Below are positions 45,942-57,930 of a stretch of 64,000 nt of DNA, in pieces. Position numbers and translations under genes: made by a program. The notes beneath the pieces are model-generated. The model saw nothing but the letters and a program-made list of their open reading frames with translations, ran no database searches and was not told the origin of the DNA. This DNA comes from Pachysolen tannophilus NRRL Y-2460 (Eukaryota): contig KV454014.1 of assembly GCA_001661245.1 (NCBI GenBank), positions 227,559 through 291,558 on the forward strand, read 5' to 3'. Every line of letters starts with the position of its first letter. The stretch's first letter is position 1.

Positions 45942-46978
45942 TCATTGAATTTTACCGAAAAAGCTAACTTTAACAGCAATTGTGAAACCAATATGACATA
46001 ATCCTAAGAATCCACTAATGAGATAAGTATATTTCAAGCTTTCAGGTCCTATTGAGCTTCCAGTGCTAAAACTTTGTTGTAAGATTGAAAATAATTTTGT
46101 AAAAATACTTAAACCACTCAAGATTCCACCAAAACCAATTAAACACCATTCTAATATTCTTTTCAAAATTTGATGGTTTGATAATATACCTCTAACGATT
46201 GATAAAAACAGTGCTGGAATCCACCAAATATTTGAATATCCATAAATTGAAATTATCTTTGATAATGGTAAGATAAATGACAATTTAAAATAAAATCTTA
46301 ATAAAACATATAATAAAAGAGGTATTATAAATAAATATCCATATAATAAATTGATTGAAAAAACCAACAAATTGAAATAATTCTTATTATTAGTATCCTT
46401 ATGGTTCAACCATTCCATAATCAAATTTGATAATGAATTACTGAAAAATAATAATACAATTAATGTACCAGTAATCCAAATGGCTCCATACAAATCTCCA
46501 ACTTCATTTAATTCACTATCTTGTAATTGATTAAACGGATTGATCGACTTATAACAATTGGTGAAAAACTCTGCCGTGTTCAAATCAAAAAATTGCCTAT
46601 AATAATTTGTAGAAAATAGTCCACCTTCATATGATTTATTCTTATACAGACCACCACCACCACCTACGGCCACATCCGGAACAATCGATTCTCTCTCTGA
46701 ACTTTTCCCATTCCCATTCCCATTAGTCTCTGGCACAGCCATTGGAATATCTGGCTCTATATCGAAAACATCTTCATCCGCATCACCACCACCACTGACA
46801 CCCCCTTGATCTGGTTCTATCAGTTCACTATCTTCAAATGGATTACTTGACTTCAAAAAAAAAATTAGAAAACCCATAATGTTAGTATAATTTTATAATT
46901 GCAAAAAAAAAATATTGTTTAACAATTTAAACTTACTTCAGCGGTCCGGCCACCAATTGGATCATATCTCTGTGACAT
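45942..46978 (-). CDS. YIP5: Yip1-family membrane protein Yip5; exons 46978-46937 and 46850-45942
   Basis: YYRQFFDLNT, DLYGAIWITGT, IISIYGYSNIWWIP; intron GTAAGT...TACTAAC...AAG in phase 0. Confidence 0.8.
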
Positions 46979-47218
46979 CCTTCTTATTATCTTATCTCGT
47001 TACCTCTCGTTATCTCACTATTATGTTGTTTTATTTAATTGATTAATTATATTAATTATATATATTTAATATGAACGAATTTCAAAATACTTTTTTGGTG
47101 ATGTTTTTTATACGCAGGTTTAATTTATCTTTAAAATAAAACAAAAGAGAATTCAAAAATATAACTAAATTATAGAGTTGAAATTATTGGGAAATATAAT
47201 GCTGATATTTGTGGGAAG

Positions 47219-50200
47219 ATGGAAGGATCTAATGATACTTTTCTTTTGAAGCAGACGTTGTTATCGAATAATATAATAAATTATATATTTAATGATTTTC
47301 AAGTATCTATAAATAAGGATTTTACCAAAATTCAATCAGTGCATTCGCATAATGATAAAGTCTTATCTGAAGAGACATGGAAGGAATTGAACCAGAGACA
47401 TATGCTGCCGGATTCTTTTGAATTTGATGATGATGATTTGGATATGGATGAGTTAATGAGTTTAACAAAGCCGAAAATAGATACCATTGAATCTGAAGAT
47501 GAGACAATTGATGGTATAAATGTTAAACAAAGTTATTATCCAGAATTGATTAAGATTGATTTGTTGGTGAAATCGAATACAATTTCGATAAATAAAGATG
47601 ATCAAAGTTTTAGACTTCCTTCCGTTGTAAGGTCAGCTTGTATATTACCAGGTTTAGAATTGAATAAAAAAGATGATGAAGATGATGGAAATACCACCAC
47701 TGTTCATGACGAAGATAGTTTATTGCTTTCTTTACAATCTGGTTATTTGTTATTAATTAAATTTTTCAAAATTGGATCTACTTTAAAACCATTTGTGGTT
47801 CAAGATTGGTGCTTAACAGAACAAAAGACAAGAATAGATAACCATTTCACTTCGAGATTATCGACTTTGGGGAAAGATTTGTATTCACATTGTTCAGGAT
47901 TATCAGTGGTGACAACATCACTCTCAAATAATTTAAAATTTTTTGCTAGAAATAATTTTAATAATGGGATCTTGACACATTCTTGTAATTTTTTCATTGA
48001 TGGAATAATATTAGATTCTTGTTATTTAGAAACATTGATAAATGATAATGGAGAAGATTTAAATAATCATATAATGTTTTTAAGTTTGGTTGTTACTTCG
48101 ACTAAGAAATATCAGTTGAGATTATTTGAATGGTGGTGCGATGATCCTTTAGAATCTTTACTTCAACATTCACCAACATTATTACCAGCAGATTTCCCAG
48201 TACCTTTATTCATGATTCCGTTAAAATATCTTAAAGGAGTTATATTGTTATTGGAAAATGGATTACAATTTGTTGGATTAAATTATATCTTTTCTCATGA
48301 CTCATATGATTTAAATTTTGTTAAATTTGATGAAATAATTGGGTCAATAATTAGTTATTATAAACCAAAATCAAATATTTTAAGAAAACAAGAAGTTGAT
48401 GAATTTTTAGTTGCATCATCAACTGGGAACATTTACTGTGTGATTGTTAAATCTATAAATGATATACAAATCTTTCCAATTTTTAAAGTAAGGTTCCCAA
48501 TATCTAGCTTTACATTTGAACGCATACTGGAAGAAGATTATGAAGATGAAGTGGAAGAAGAAGATGAAGAAGATGAAGATGGAGACAATAACTTAGACGA
48601 TAATGACCAAACTAACGAAAAAGAAGCATTCAAACTAATTTATACTACTGATAAAGGCTCATCTGAAGTCCTACTAATACATGGTTCATTACTTACAGAG
48701 CCAAAGAAATCTCTGAAATCTTTAATGAATTTGGAAAATTGGTCTCCATTAATGGATTTCCAAGTGATAAAGCATCCAGTCTCAAAAGGTTTTTCATACC
48801 ATACGGATGAAGAGTTTTGGTGTTTATCTGGAACTGATCAAGAATCATCTTTATGGCAATTAAGATTAGGTCATAAATGTTTCAAGGAAACAAATTTTAA
48901 AAATTTTAACTCAGTTCATAAAATTTTCAATTATTTTGATAAAACTAATGATTACATATATTTCATATTTAGTTATCCTTACAAATCACAATTATGTAAG
49001 TTCAACTTATTATCGGGTGAAATGGTTGATCTTTCTAGAAAAGACGAATTCAAAATATTCAATATTTTTGCTAAAACTATATTATTCAACAAAATTTGCT
49101 CTTCCAAAAAAGAAAGCGAATTTTATATCCATATAACTGAAGAATCAATTTCTGTTTATGATTTTAATAATTTACAATTACAATTGAATTTGAATTTAAA
49201 TGAAAATTTAAAAGTATTACATAGTTCTACCTATGATAAATTTGTGGCAATAATAACAAGAGATCAAGAAAATAACTTAAATCTTGAAGTTTTAAAATAT
49301 GAAGATGATGAATTAATTAATGTGAAAGTTACACCTGGCTTTTTAAAAAATTTACAACCTTCCTTAATCAAATTCATCGATATTGAAGAACAAATTTTTA
49401 TCTTGGTAGGATTATTTAATGGAGATTTGATTTTATATAAACTTGTTAATGACGAATTCATAATTCATGGTGGTTATAATGTCAATGATTTAATAAATAA
49501 AAGTGAAAATGATGTTACCAAAGAAGAACATATTCAAAAACCGTTGTTTTTAATTCCACATGATTTAATTTGCGTATCTAAAAATAATTCGAAATATTTA
49601 GTAATGAGTTCAAGAGATGGATATTATTCAGTTTTCATGTGTCAAATAATTGAAAATATATTAACCATAAAATTCATTGAACTAATTAAAATAAGTGATT
49701 GTGCTGTTAATTTTAATTCAACAGATATTTCAGATGTATATTATTTAAGTTCAAAGACTTTTTGGAAATTAAACTTATCAGAATCAATATACCCGAAAAG
49801 ATGTTTGTTTGTTGAGAATAGTGATAAATCGACAATTTCAACTTGTTTTATATCTTCAAATCCAGAATTTGATATTATTGGAATGATTAGAGAAAGTGAA
49901 GGATTTGTATTAACTTCAATTACTAAAAATTTAACAGGTTGCAATAAAAAAATTAAGCTTTTGTCAAATGGTAAGAAATTTATATTTATGGAACATCTAT
50001 CGTTATTTGTTATTATTTCAGGAGAACCTAATTCTGAAAAAATAATGTTTGTTGATCATAGGAAATTTAGGAAATTAAAACATATTGAAATTAGTCCCAA
50101 AAGCAGTGATAAAAATATTTCATCTTCTTCAACGCCTATTTTTGAAAAAGAAGAGTATCCAATATCTTTATCAGAATGGAAGTTTGAATATTATAAAGAA

Positions 50201-51208
50201 AATTGTGGTGAACAAAAATTAAGAATGCATGTCCACTTATTGTTGGGATGTTTCAACAAGAAAACAGGACATTCATCTATGAAAGTTTTCGAAATTAGGA
50301 AAATTAAGAAAAATGATGACAAGGTATCCACAACAAGACAAGAAGATATTGTCACTGTGACTAAATTATTTGGATGGACTTGTGAAAAACCTCTGGGTGT
50401 TGAGAATTTGAATGATCCAATATATTCTATAAAACAATTTTCAAATGGTTCTATTTTATATAGTGTTGGTTCAAGTTTAATGAGAATCACTTATAACTAT
50501 GATGAAAAAAAATTTGATGAACCAGTTGAATTACACAATTTTACTTCTAATATTAATTTGATAAATGTTAATCCTAATAGTAATGAGATTATTGTATCAA
50601 CTTTGAGAGATACAATTTATGTGGGGAAGATAAATGAAGAGAGTAAATCTTTAGAATTAGTATTTAGTGATCATTTATCTAGAAACATTTTCAGTCATTG
50701 CTTACTTTCAGATAACAAATTAATTACTAGTGACAAATTACATTGTTCAGTAAATGGAATATCTTTAGAAACTTATCATAGTTCATTAGATACTGGGGGA
50801 AGATTTATTAATTTGAATCAATTTAAAGACATTTATTTTTGTAAATCGATGAGTTTTTTTATACCAAGATTATCCAATTGTTCATTAAGTCCCATATGGA
50901 AGAGAAATTCAAATTCTTCAAAATTTGATAAATTTTTATCCTGTGGTGTCAACGGTGAAGTTGTTGTATATACTAAATTGAATAGAGAAGAATACATGAT
51001 GTTGAATGAAGTTGTAAAGAAAAAGGGACAATTTTCAACTAATAAATTATGGAAATTAAACCAATTTGATGAATGGTTCAACGATGGTTGCGATGAAAAT
51101 ATTATAGATGGAGATAAATTACGGGATTTTAAAGTATTAGTTGATGGAACTCTTGAATTAAAAGAAGCTTTGAATGTTGACAAGTTACTAAATAGCACAT
51201 TAATGTAA
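47219..51208 (+). CDS. MMS1: Mms1-like DDB1-type beta-propeller protein (Rtt101 E3 adaptor)
   Basis: 1329-aa beta-rich ORF with LLLSLQSGYLLLIKF and NWSPLMDFQVI, typical of MMS1_N/CPSF-A-like propellers; family recognised from memory. Confidence 0.7.
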   Translation: MEGSNDTFLLKQTLLSNNIINYIFNDFQVSINKDFTKIQSVHSHNDKVLSEETWKELNQRHMLPDSFEFDDDDLDMDELMSLTKPKIDTIESEDETIDGINVKQSYYPELIKIDLLVKSNTISINKDDQSFRLPSVVRSACILPGLELNKKDDEDDGNTTTVHDEDSLLLSLQSGYLLLIKFFKIGSTLKPFVVQDWCLTEQKTRIDNHFTSRLSTLGKDLYSHCSGLSVVTTSLSNNLKFFARNNFNNGILTHSCNFFIDGIILDSCYLETLINDNGEDLNNHIMFLSLVVTSTKKYQLRLFEWWCDDPLESLLQHSPTLLPADFPVPLFMIPLKYLKGVILLLENGLQFVGLNYIFSHDSYDLNFVKFDEIIGSIISYYKPKSNILRKQEVDEFLVASSTGNIYCVIVKSINDIQIFPIFKVRFPISSFTFERILEEDYEDEVEEEDEEDEDGDNNLDDNDQTNEKEAFKLIYTTDKGSSEVLLIHGSLLTEPKKSLKSLMNLENWSPLMDFQVIKHPVSKGFSYHTDEEFWCLSGTDQESSLWQLRLGHKCFKETNFKNFNSVHKIFNYFDKTNDYIYFIFSYPYKSQLCKFNLLSGEMVDLSRKDEFKIFNIFAKTILFNKICSSKKESEFYIHITEESISVYDFNNLQLQLNLNLNENLKVLHSSTYDKFVAIITRDQENNLNLEVLKYEDDELINVKVTPGFLKNLQPSLIKFIDIEEQIFILVGLFNGDLILYKLVNDEFIIHGGYNVNDLINKSENDVTKEEHIQKPLFLIPHDLICVSKNNSKYLVMSSRDGYYSVFMCQIIENILTIKFIELIKISDCAVNFNSTDISDVYYLSSKTFWKLNLSESIYPKRCLFVENSDKSTISTCFISSNPEFDIIGMIRESEGFVLTSITKNLTGCNKKIKLLSNGKKFIFMEHLSLFVIISGEPNSEKIMFVDHRKFRKLKHIEISPKSSDKNISSSSTPIFEKEEYPISLSEWKFEYYKENCGEQKLRMHVHLLLGCFNKKTGHSSMKVFEIRKIKKNDDKVSTTRQEDIVTVTKLFGWTCEKPLGVENLNDPIYSIKQFSNGSILYSVGSSLMRITYNYDEKKFDEPVELHNFTSNINLINVNPNSNEIIVSTLRDTIYVGKINEESKSLELVFSDHLSRNIFSHCLLSDNKLITSDKLHCSVNGISLETYHSSLDTGGRFINLNQFKDIYFCKSMSFFIPRLSNCSLSPIWKRNSNSSKFDKFLSCGVNGEVVVYTKLNREEYMMLNEVVKKKGQFSTNKLWKLNQFDEWFNDGCDENIIDGDKLRDFKVLVDGTLELKEALNVDKLLNSTLM

Positions 51209-51325
51209 ATAATTGCATCCACATTTAAATATTAAAAATTAATATATCAAAGTTCAAATTACAAAATAAAATAAAAGAAAATAAAAAATAAAATCATACT
51301 CCTAAACCGAAACCAAAGTCCATAC

Positions 51326-51883
51326 TTAATCTGCATTAGTTCTAATCTTATCTAACAAATTAGAAATCCTAGGCCCCATTAATGGCTGTCCTTTTGAAGT
51401 CTTTTGCTTGAATTTCTCCTTATTTCTTTCTCTTTGATTCTTGGCTTTTTCAATCTTGGCTATTTTCTCCTTACGAGCTTCTAATATACGCTGTTGCTTT
51501 ACCAATTTCCTCTGCTTGGAAATTTTCAATCTGTCTTGATAAGTTAATTTCGTATTACGATCTCCTTGCTCTTGCTCTTGTTCTTGCTCTTCCTTCTCCT
51601 CTTCCTTTTGATTTTGATTTTGATCTTGATCATCTGAATTCCCGTCTCTGGATGGCACTGATTCGCCTTCTTTCTCCAATAACTTGAAATAATTCTTCCT
51701 CAATCTCGCCCTATGCGTTAACGACTTCTTAATCTCTCGGTCTATCAAAAATAGTTAGTAACTCATATACAAAACAAATACAAACAAAAACAAAAAAAAA
51801 AAAAACCACTCTATAACACTCTACTCACTCTTCAAATCTCTTCTATCCTTATAAGGATTATCCATTCTCTTTCTATCAACCAT
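51326..51883 (-). CDS. FYV7: rRNA-processing protein Fyv7; exons 51883-51829 and 51741-51326
   Basis: REIKKSLTHRARLRKNYFKLLEKEG and KTSKGQPLMGPRISNLLDKI; intron GTGAGT...TACTAAC...TAG in a compatible phase. Confidence 0.9.
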
Positions 51884-52250
51884 CTTATCCTCTATTCTCT
51901 TTCTTTGTTATAACATACAAATTCTTTTGCGATGCTTCTTTTAAAATTTTTTTTTTTAGTAGTGCATTTCAATGGCCTGTGTTGAAAATTTTTAGAACAA
52001 AGGTAACGGCGGTTAAATCATCATCACCTTTATCAGCTTTAAATATATATCAAATCATTTGTGTATTGACTCCAGGTTGTTGGATGTCTGGTTGGATTTG
52101 CCAGGGTTGATTTTTTAGTTTTTTTGGCTTTTGCTGTTGCTGTTGCTGTTGCTGTTGTATTTTATTTTCATTAATTGTTCACCAAGTCATTTTTATATAT
52201 TTTGCATTTCATGTTCTTGAATCAGATTTTGGGGAGAGTAAGAATTGATA

Positions 52251-55200
52251 ATGAGTGTGAAGATAGCATATGAGAGCTATATGAATTTCATGAATCTTCA
52301 GAAGCATCAGAGGTTGATAAGTTGGCATTTGGCTGCGTCGATAAATAATTATGGATCGAATATTATAAGGACTTCTAGTATGATTCCTTTATTAGTACGA
52401 AGTGATAATAATAATGGGCGGTTAAAACAAATGGTTAAATTTATGAAACTTTTTAAAAGAATGTTTATAACTACGAATGTGAATTATTTCCAGAATAATT
52501 ATGTTATGTTAAATAATGAAATTACAAGTACAAAATCTCCATTTTTATCATTATCTGAGTTTTCAACAATACCACCTTTGAAAAATAATAAAATCTCTTT
52601 TGCAATTAAAAATAGATTAAAAGATTTAACAGATGAAATTGAAATTAATTTAACTGAAAAATATTTTAAATTGATGCAAAAATTTGATGATAATTTTAAA
52701 GTTACTGGAATTGATAAAAAAATTTATAGAGAATTATATTATTTGAATTCACAAACAAAGGGGAAATCTCTGGCATATCAAAAGATAATGACAACAACAA
52801 GACCTTCATTGATAAATTTATTACATCTTGATGATAGGTTTGAAACCGCTGAATTGGCATATAATTTATTGAAAAAAAGATCAAGAGGTAAAAGTTTAAC
52901 TCCTGATAATGTTATTAAAGAATCAGTACAGGCAAATATATTATTACGAACAAAAAGATTTGAAGAATTGGATAAGTTTGTAATATTGCTGATTGATAAT
53001 CAACAGGATCCAATCAGAATTACAAAAATGACAAGAGGGTTGATTAATTGTGCCTTGGCATACCTTAAAGATCCAGAATTAGCTTTGAAAATTTTCATTA
53101 ATTATGGTTTAAGATCTTATGGTCATTTAAATTTTACAAGTTATATACAATATAAAAATCCTTTACGTTGTTTTGATCCAATTTATCATGAATTTAAAAA
53201 CTCTGATGAATTAAAAAAATTTCTTAAAAATTTTCAAGAAAAACATCTGGATCTTTTAACACCACATCATTATTCATGTTTGATTTCAACAATAATGGGA
53301 TTCAGTTATAAATATCAAAAGACAAAAGAAATTTTAACTTTATGGAAATTTAAAATAGATCAACATTTAACTTTAATACCAAGAGATTTAACTTGTACAT
53401 TAACAGCATTATTATATTCCAAAAGATATCAAGATGCATTAGAATTATATGAAAAAAATCATTTATTACATGCAGATGATCAATTTGATTCCTTATTGTT
53501 AATTCATGGTAAATTAAATGATTGGCAAAAAATGCAACAACAGTTTGAAGCTTTATTTGGAAGAGGTGAATTACCAAATTTAAAACATTATGGTATTGTG
53601 ATGCATGCTTTAGCAGAAAGAGGTGAAGTTAAAGCTGTTGATACATTGTGGGAACAATTGATCAGTCGTAAAATTATTCCTTCAAGTTATATATTAATAG
53701 CATTGATGAAGGCTAAAATTTATTATAAAGATTATAAGGCTGCTGTAGGATGGTTTCAAAAATTTTCAGATTATAGCATTGAAAGACCTTGTGAAAGTTA
53801 TAGATTATTATTTGAAGCATTATATGGATTAGATGATTTGAAAACTCAGCTTAAAGTTTTATCTCATTTAGTAAAAGAGAAAAAAGAAGATTTACCCTTG
53901 ACTGTTTTTTATCCCATTGTTAAATCTTGTGAAAAAATCGGAGATATAAATTCAGCAAAATATGTAATTGAAATTATAAAAAATGAATATGGACATGAAA
54001 TAAATGATGAGATTCATGAACATGTGGCTAATACTTTTGTCAATGCTCATCTTTATGAAGATGCAAGAAATTATATTTATGAAATTGAAAGAAATTTACC
54101 ACAACAAAGGCAATTAGCTATGAAATTGTATAATGTCTTGATGAATAGTTATATTAAAGAACAAAATTATGAACTGGTTGCTAGAATTATGGATTCAATT
54201 AATGAAAAAAAGAAAGTATTAAATCAAGAAGCATATGCATATTTATTAATAACTCTTATTTGTTCTAATAAACTTGAACAAGCAGAATCTTTATTACAAA
54301 ATATTACAAAGGGAAAATTTGAAAAAATCGAATGTACAGTTATTCATTATAATGCAATGATGAAATCTTTAATTCATATGAAAAATTATAATAAAGCAAT
54401 AGAAATATATGATACAATGATTGATAATAACATAGAACCAAATTTTAAATCTTACAAATATTTGATTGATTCATTAATAAGAAGAAGTAAAAATATTGGT
54501 GATAGAGAAAAAGATCTTTCATTAGCAATTAAAGTTATTGATACTTTACAAGAAAATAAAATTAAAGATCAATTACCTACACCAGTTGCTAATTTATCAA
54601 TAAATTTAATTTTTGATTTAGTAAATACTGTTGTGGATTATAGTACGAAAAATGCTAGATTTATTTTAGAAAAATATGAAGAATATTCAGTTGATAGAAG
54701 TAGAATTGAAGAAGATTATCGTTATATTTATTTGTTGTTACGTATCAATGCTATTGAATCGAATTGGTCAAGATTTAACCAACTATTTGATTTGTACATT
54801 GAAAAGATTTCCAAATATTTCCATGAAGATCCAGTTACTGAAGTGAAAACTAGAAGTGCTCCAATCCAAATAAAGACATCACTACAAAAAATTTGGATTT
54901 ATAAATTAGAAGAATTGCTGGAATCTAATAAAATTTCAATAGTTTTACAATTATTTAACGATTTGAAAGAAAAAGGTTTTATTTTTAACAATAAAAATAT
55001 CAATGATACAGCCAAATATTTAACAACGTTTGATGATACTTTAAAAGATGGTTTACGTTTAATCGAATCAAAATTAATTCAAGGATATATACATTTACGT
55101 AATAAGAGAAGATTTTTCAAGTTGCTAAAACAAAAATCTGATGAAGTTAAAGACTATCATATTCCTTATCTTTTAACTAAAAAATATGATCCAAAGTTTT

Positions 55201-55526
55201 ATTTAACAGGTTTAACATATATGGATGTCATTGAAAATATTAATACATGTATAATTAGATCATATCCTAAAAAATTTCAAAGAGGAAAATATTTAAAAGA
55301 ATTAGAAATTGAATTTCCTCATATTATGAAATATTTTAGACAAAGACGTAAACTTGTTAAAATATGGCGTGGTTTGGCAAATTCCCACGAATCAAAGAAA
55401 AGAATTATTAAAGATGAAAATTATGAAGAAACTTCAAGAAAGATGTTACTCAGGAAGAGACGTTTAGCTATGAGAAATGACAGAAATTATTACCAAGTAA
55501 TACGTGATACACCATTAAATAATTAG
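52251..55526 (+). CDS. PET309: Mitochondrial PPR protein Pet309 (COX1 translational activator); true start uncertain
   Basis: Multiple PPR repeats (PNLKHYGIVMHALAERGEVKAVDTLWEQLISRKIIPS; VIHYNAMMKSL...MIDNNIEPNFKSY); lies between FYV7 and SPC3 as YLR067C does. Confidence 0.85.
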   Translation: MSVKIAYESYMNFMNLQKHQRLISWHLAASINNYGSNIIRTSSMIPLLVRSDNNNGRLKQMVKFMKLFKRMFITTNVNYFQNNYVMLNNEITSTKSPFLSLSEFSTIPPLKNNKISFAIKNRLKDLTDEIEINLTEKYFKLMQKFDDNFKVTGIDKKIYRELYYLNSQTKGKSLAYQKIMTTTRPSLINLLHLDDRFETAELAYNLLKKRSRGKSLTPDNVIKESVQANILLRTKRFEELDKFVILLIDNQQDPIRITKMTRGLINCALAYLKDPELALKIFINYGLRSYGHLNFTSYIQYKNPLRCFDPIYHEFKNSDELKKFLKNFQEKHLDLLTPHHYSCLISTIMGFSYKYQKTKEILTLWKFKIDQHLTLIPRDLTCTLTALLYSKRYQDALELYEKNHLLHADDQFDSLLLIHGKLNDWQKMQQQFEALFGRGELPNLKHYGIVMHALAERGEVKAVDTLWEQLISRKIIPSSYILIALMKAKIYYKDYKAAVGWFQKFSDYSIERPCESYRLLFEALYGLDDLKTQLKVLSHLVKEKKEDLPLTVFYPIVKSCEKIGDINSAKYVIEIIKNEYGHEINDEIHEHVANTFVNAHLYEDARNYIYEIERNLPQQRQLAMKLYNVLMNSYIKEQNYELVARIMDSINEKKKVLNQEAYAYLLITLICSNKLEQAESLLQNITKGKFEKIECTVIHYNAMMKSLIHMKNYNKAIEIYDTMIDNNIEPNFKSYKYLIDSLIRRSKNIGDREKDLSLAIKVIDTLQENKIKDQLPTPVANLSINLIFDLVNTVVDYSTKNARFILEKYEEYSVDRSRIEEDYRYIYLLLRINAIESNWSRFNQLFDLYIEKISKYFHEDPVTEVKTRSAPIQIKTSLQKIWIYKLEELLESNKISIVLQLFNDLKEKGFIFNNKNINDTAKYLTTFDDTLKDGLRLIESKLIQGYIHLRNKRRFFKLLKQKSDEVKDYHIPYLLTKKYDPKFYLTGLTYMDVIENINTCIIRSYPKKFQRGKYLKELEIEFPHIMKYFRQRRKLVKIWRGLANSHESKKRIIKDENYEETSRKMLLRKRRLAMRNDRNYYQVIRDTPLNN

Positions 55527-55629
55527 ACAAAAGATATTATTTCTTGTATATAAAGAAGAAGAAAAAAAAACCCACTTTAGATAGATTGTATACTAGTATA
55601 TAAAATGTATAAAACATTACTTGACTATA

Positions 55630-56172
55630 TTATAAGAGATTAATTTCTGTAGAACCTTTTGTTTCACCCCATAATAATAAACCAACATGTGGTTGAATAT
55701 TCCAACCTAATTTCATAACACCATGATTTGAACTAAAATTATTATTCACATCCCAACAAGAATATTTTCCCTTTACAGAATTCAAATCAAGTATTGCTTC
55801 TGATTTATCATGAATAATATTATCCCAAAATGTGATTTTTGAAGAACTTAATCCATTATAACCTTCATATTCCATCAATAAATAAACAAAAATTTGTTTT
55901 GTATTCCAGTTAAACAAAGGCGTCAAATCCGCAGATAAATCAAAACTCGATATTCTAATGTTCTCCTTTGCTTCTCTATTCTTGGATCCAAAATTCCTAG
56001 AATATTTCAACGTTGTAATTGTATCTATATTAGAAACTGTTGATGGAACAGATTGATAATCGTTTAAATTCAATTGAAGATATGATGAAACCGCAATTAA
56101 CATAGATATACACAATACCACCGATAACGCATAATTGGCAATATGCTGGAATCTCTGATATACAGAAAACAT
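55630..56172 (-). CDS. SPC3: Signal peptidase complex subunit Spc3
   Basis: MFSVYQRFQ plus a TM segment, FDLSADLTPLFNWNTKQIFVYL, WNIQPHVGLL. Confidence 0.93.
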   Translation of the reverse strand: MFSVYQRFQHIANYALSVVLCISMLIAVSSYLQLNLNDYQSVPSTVSNIDTITTLKYSRNFGSKNREAKENIRISSFDLSADLTPLFNWNTKQIFVYLLMEYEGYNGLSSSKITFWDNIIHDKSEAILDLNSVKGKYSCWDVNNNFSSNHGVMKLGWNIQPHVGLLLWGETKGSTEINLL

Positions 56173-56366
56173 CCTAAAAACCTTCTTACTCAATCAATCA
56201 ATCAATCAATTAAATAAATGAATATAAATTATTTAAATATCATCATCATCATCAACTTCTTCTTCGTTTATAAATTTTTGTATTTGATTTTTTTTACACA
56301 GAAAATTTTATTTACTTGGAAATTTTAATGAAAAGTTTGTATTTAAAATCATTTTTATAATTACAA

Positions 56367-57770
56367 TTATATATCATAAACCACCACTCTCCCATCATTG
56401 AATCCGACACACATGTAGCGTCTATCGAAACTTGTCTTGTCTCTATTTCTTACAATTAGTTTACTTGTACCGTTATTATAACTCAAGGATTTGTCCGTAT
56501 TCAGTTGAGTATAATTTTGTTGAATTTCAGCAAATAATACAATGACTGATTTTATCTTGGAATCTATACCTTCTTTATTTTCAAGGTTGATAGCATTTAC
56601 AGCTACTGAAGGAGTAAAACGATTGATTTTAAATTTTAGTGTCATTGTATTATTATTGGTATTGTTATTGGTATTAGTATTATAGACTCGTGTATACCCA
56701 TTCCATGTAGTTACCGCTAATAAGCCATCACTTCTAGAACTTATAGAACTAATACCGTTATGTTTAATATTTTCTGTAGTAATCAAATCTTTATCATTAA
56801 GTGAAATGAATGAAAGTTTTCCACCTGCTGAAGAAGATATAATTCTATTGTGTAATATATCATAATCTAATGCTAATATTGGATGAGGTGAATGTGTTGA
56901 ATCAAGTTTTAAAATATTTACTTGTTTTTTAACAAAATCCAAATTAAAAATTGCAACATGACCACTTTCATAACCAATTGCTACTTCAAATTCATTAATC
57001 CATTTAAATTTCATAATTATACCAAAATCTCTATTTTTCATAATATTTGAATCAAAATTGGTTTCAATTTTTTCAGTAATACTTATATCTTTAAAAATCC
57101 TTGATAATTTATCTTCCAGGTTTAATTGTAATAAAAAAATATCAAAATTATTAGAATTAATTGTACTTGGAGTTATTAATTGTCTTCCAATTATATCAAC
57201 ATTTGAATAATTCAAAGTATTAACTGGTATCTTGTAATAACATGAACTTGGCCATAATTTTTCAATATTATCACAATTTTCAATTGGTAATTTCTTTGAA
57301 TGTACTATTTGAAATTTAAAACTTGAAAAATCATTATCCAACATTTCAAATAAATTCCAAATCTTAATCTCTGAATCTTTACCATGGGTCAACACTTTAC
57401 CAAAAACTTTAAAATCTTTAATTATTGGAACCAGATACCCTTTTACCAGATCTAATCTCCAATCAATCCCCAATTGTTTTATAGTCAATATAGTAGCATC
57501 ATGACCTTTCCAAACACCTAATGGCCTCTTTGTATTCAAATCCCACCATATCAACCATCCAAGTTCATCTGCTGTCAAAAGCGTTGGTGTTAAAAGTTGT
57601 ACATAAGTTTTATTCTCCACTGTTAATGACGATTTTTCAATATAGCATAAATTAGATGGAAGATATATATATTGAAAAGTTGAAATCGATTTAGTATGTC
57701 CCCTTAACGTTGCTAATGGAACTAATCTCTCATATTTGGAGTCGGAATCACCAAAACTAGTCTTTAACAT
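56367..57770 (-). CDS. ASA1: ASTRA-associated WD40 protein Asa1
   Basis: TLRGH, LLTADELGWLIWWDLNTKRPLGVWKGH, LTHGKDSEIKIW, IPVNTLNYSN, IGYESG, VGFNDGRVVVY. Confidence 0.85.
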   Translation of the reverse strand: MLKTSFGDSDSKYERLVPLATLRGHTKSISTFQYIYLPSNLCYIEKSSLTVENKTYVQLLTPTLLTADELGWLIWWDLNTKRPLGVWKGHDATILTIKQLGIDWRLDLVKGYLVPIIKDFKVFGKVLTHGKDSEIKIWNLFEMLDNDFSSFKFQIVHSKKLPIENCDNIEKLWPSSCYYKIPVNTLNYSNVDIIGRQLITPSTINSNNFDIFLLQLNLEDKLSRIFKDISITEKIETNFDSNIMKNRDFGIIMKFKWINEFEVAIGYESGHVAIFNLDFVKKQVNILKLDSTHSPHPILALDYDILHNRIISSSAGGKLSFISLNDKDLITTENIKHNGISSISSRSDGLLAVTTWNGYTRVYNTNTNNNTNNNTMTLKFKINRFTPSVAVNAINLENKEGIDSKIKSVIVLFAEIQQNYTQLNTDKSLSYNNGTSKLIVRNRDKTSFDRRYMCVGFNDGRVVVYDI

Positions 57771-57930
57771 TTACCGATAACTCAATTTCTTTTATATACA
57801 AGTATGTAATTGATTGAATTATATTTTATATAATATAAAAATCTATATAAACAGAGTTGATTTTTTTTTTAAAAAACTTTTCAACTTTTTTTTTTTTTTT
57901 TTTTTTATTCGTTTTTTTTCTTTCAAAAAT

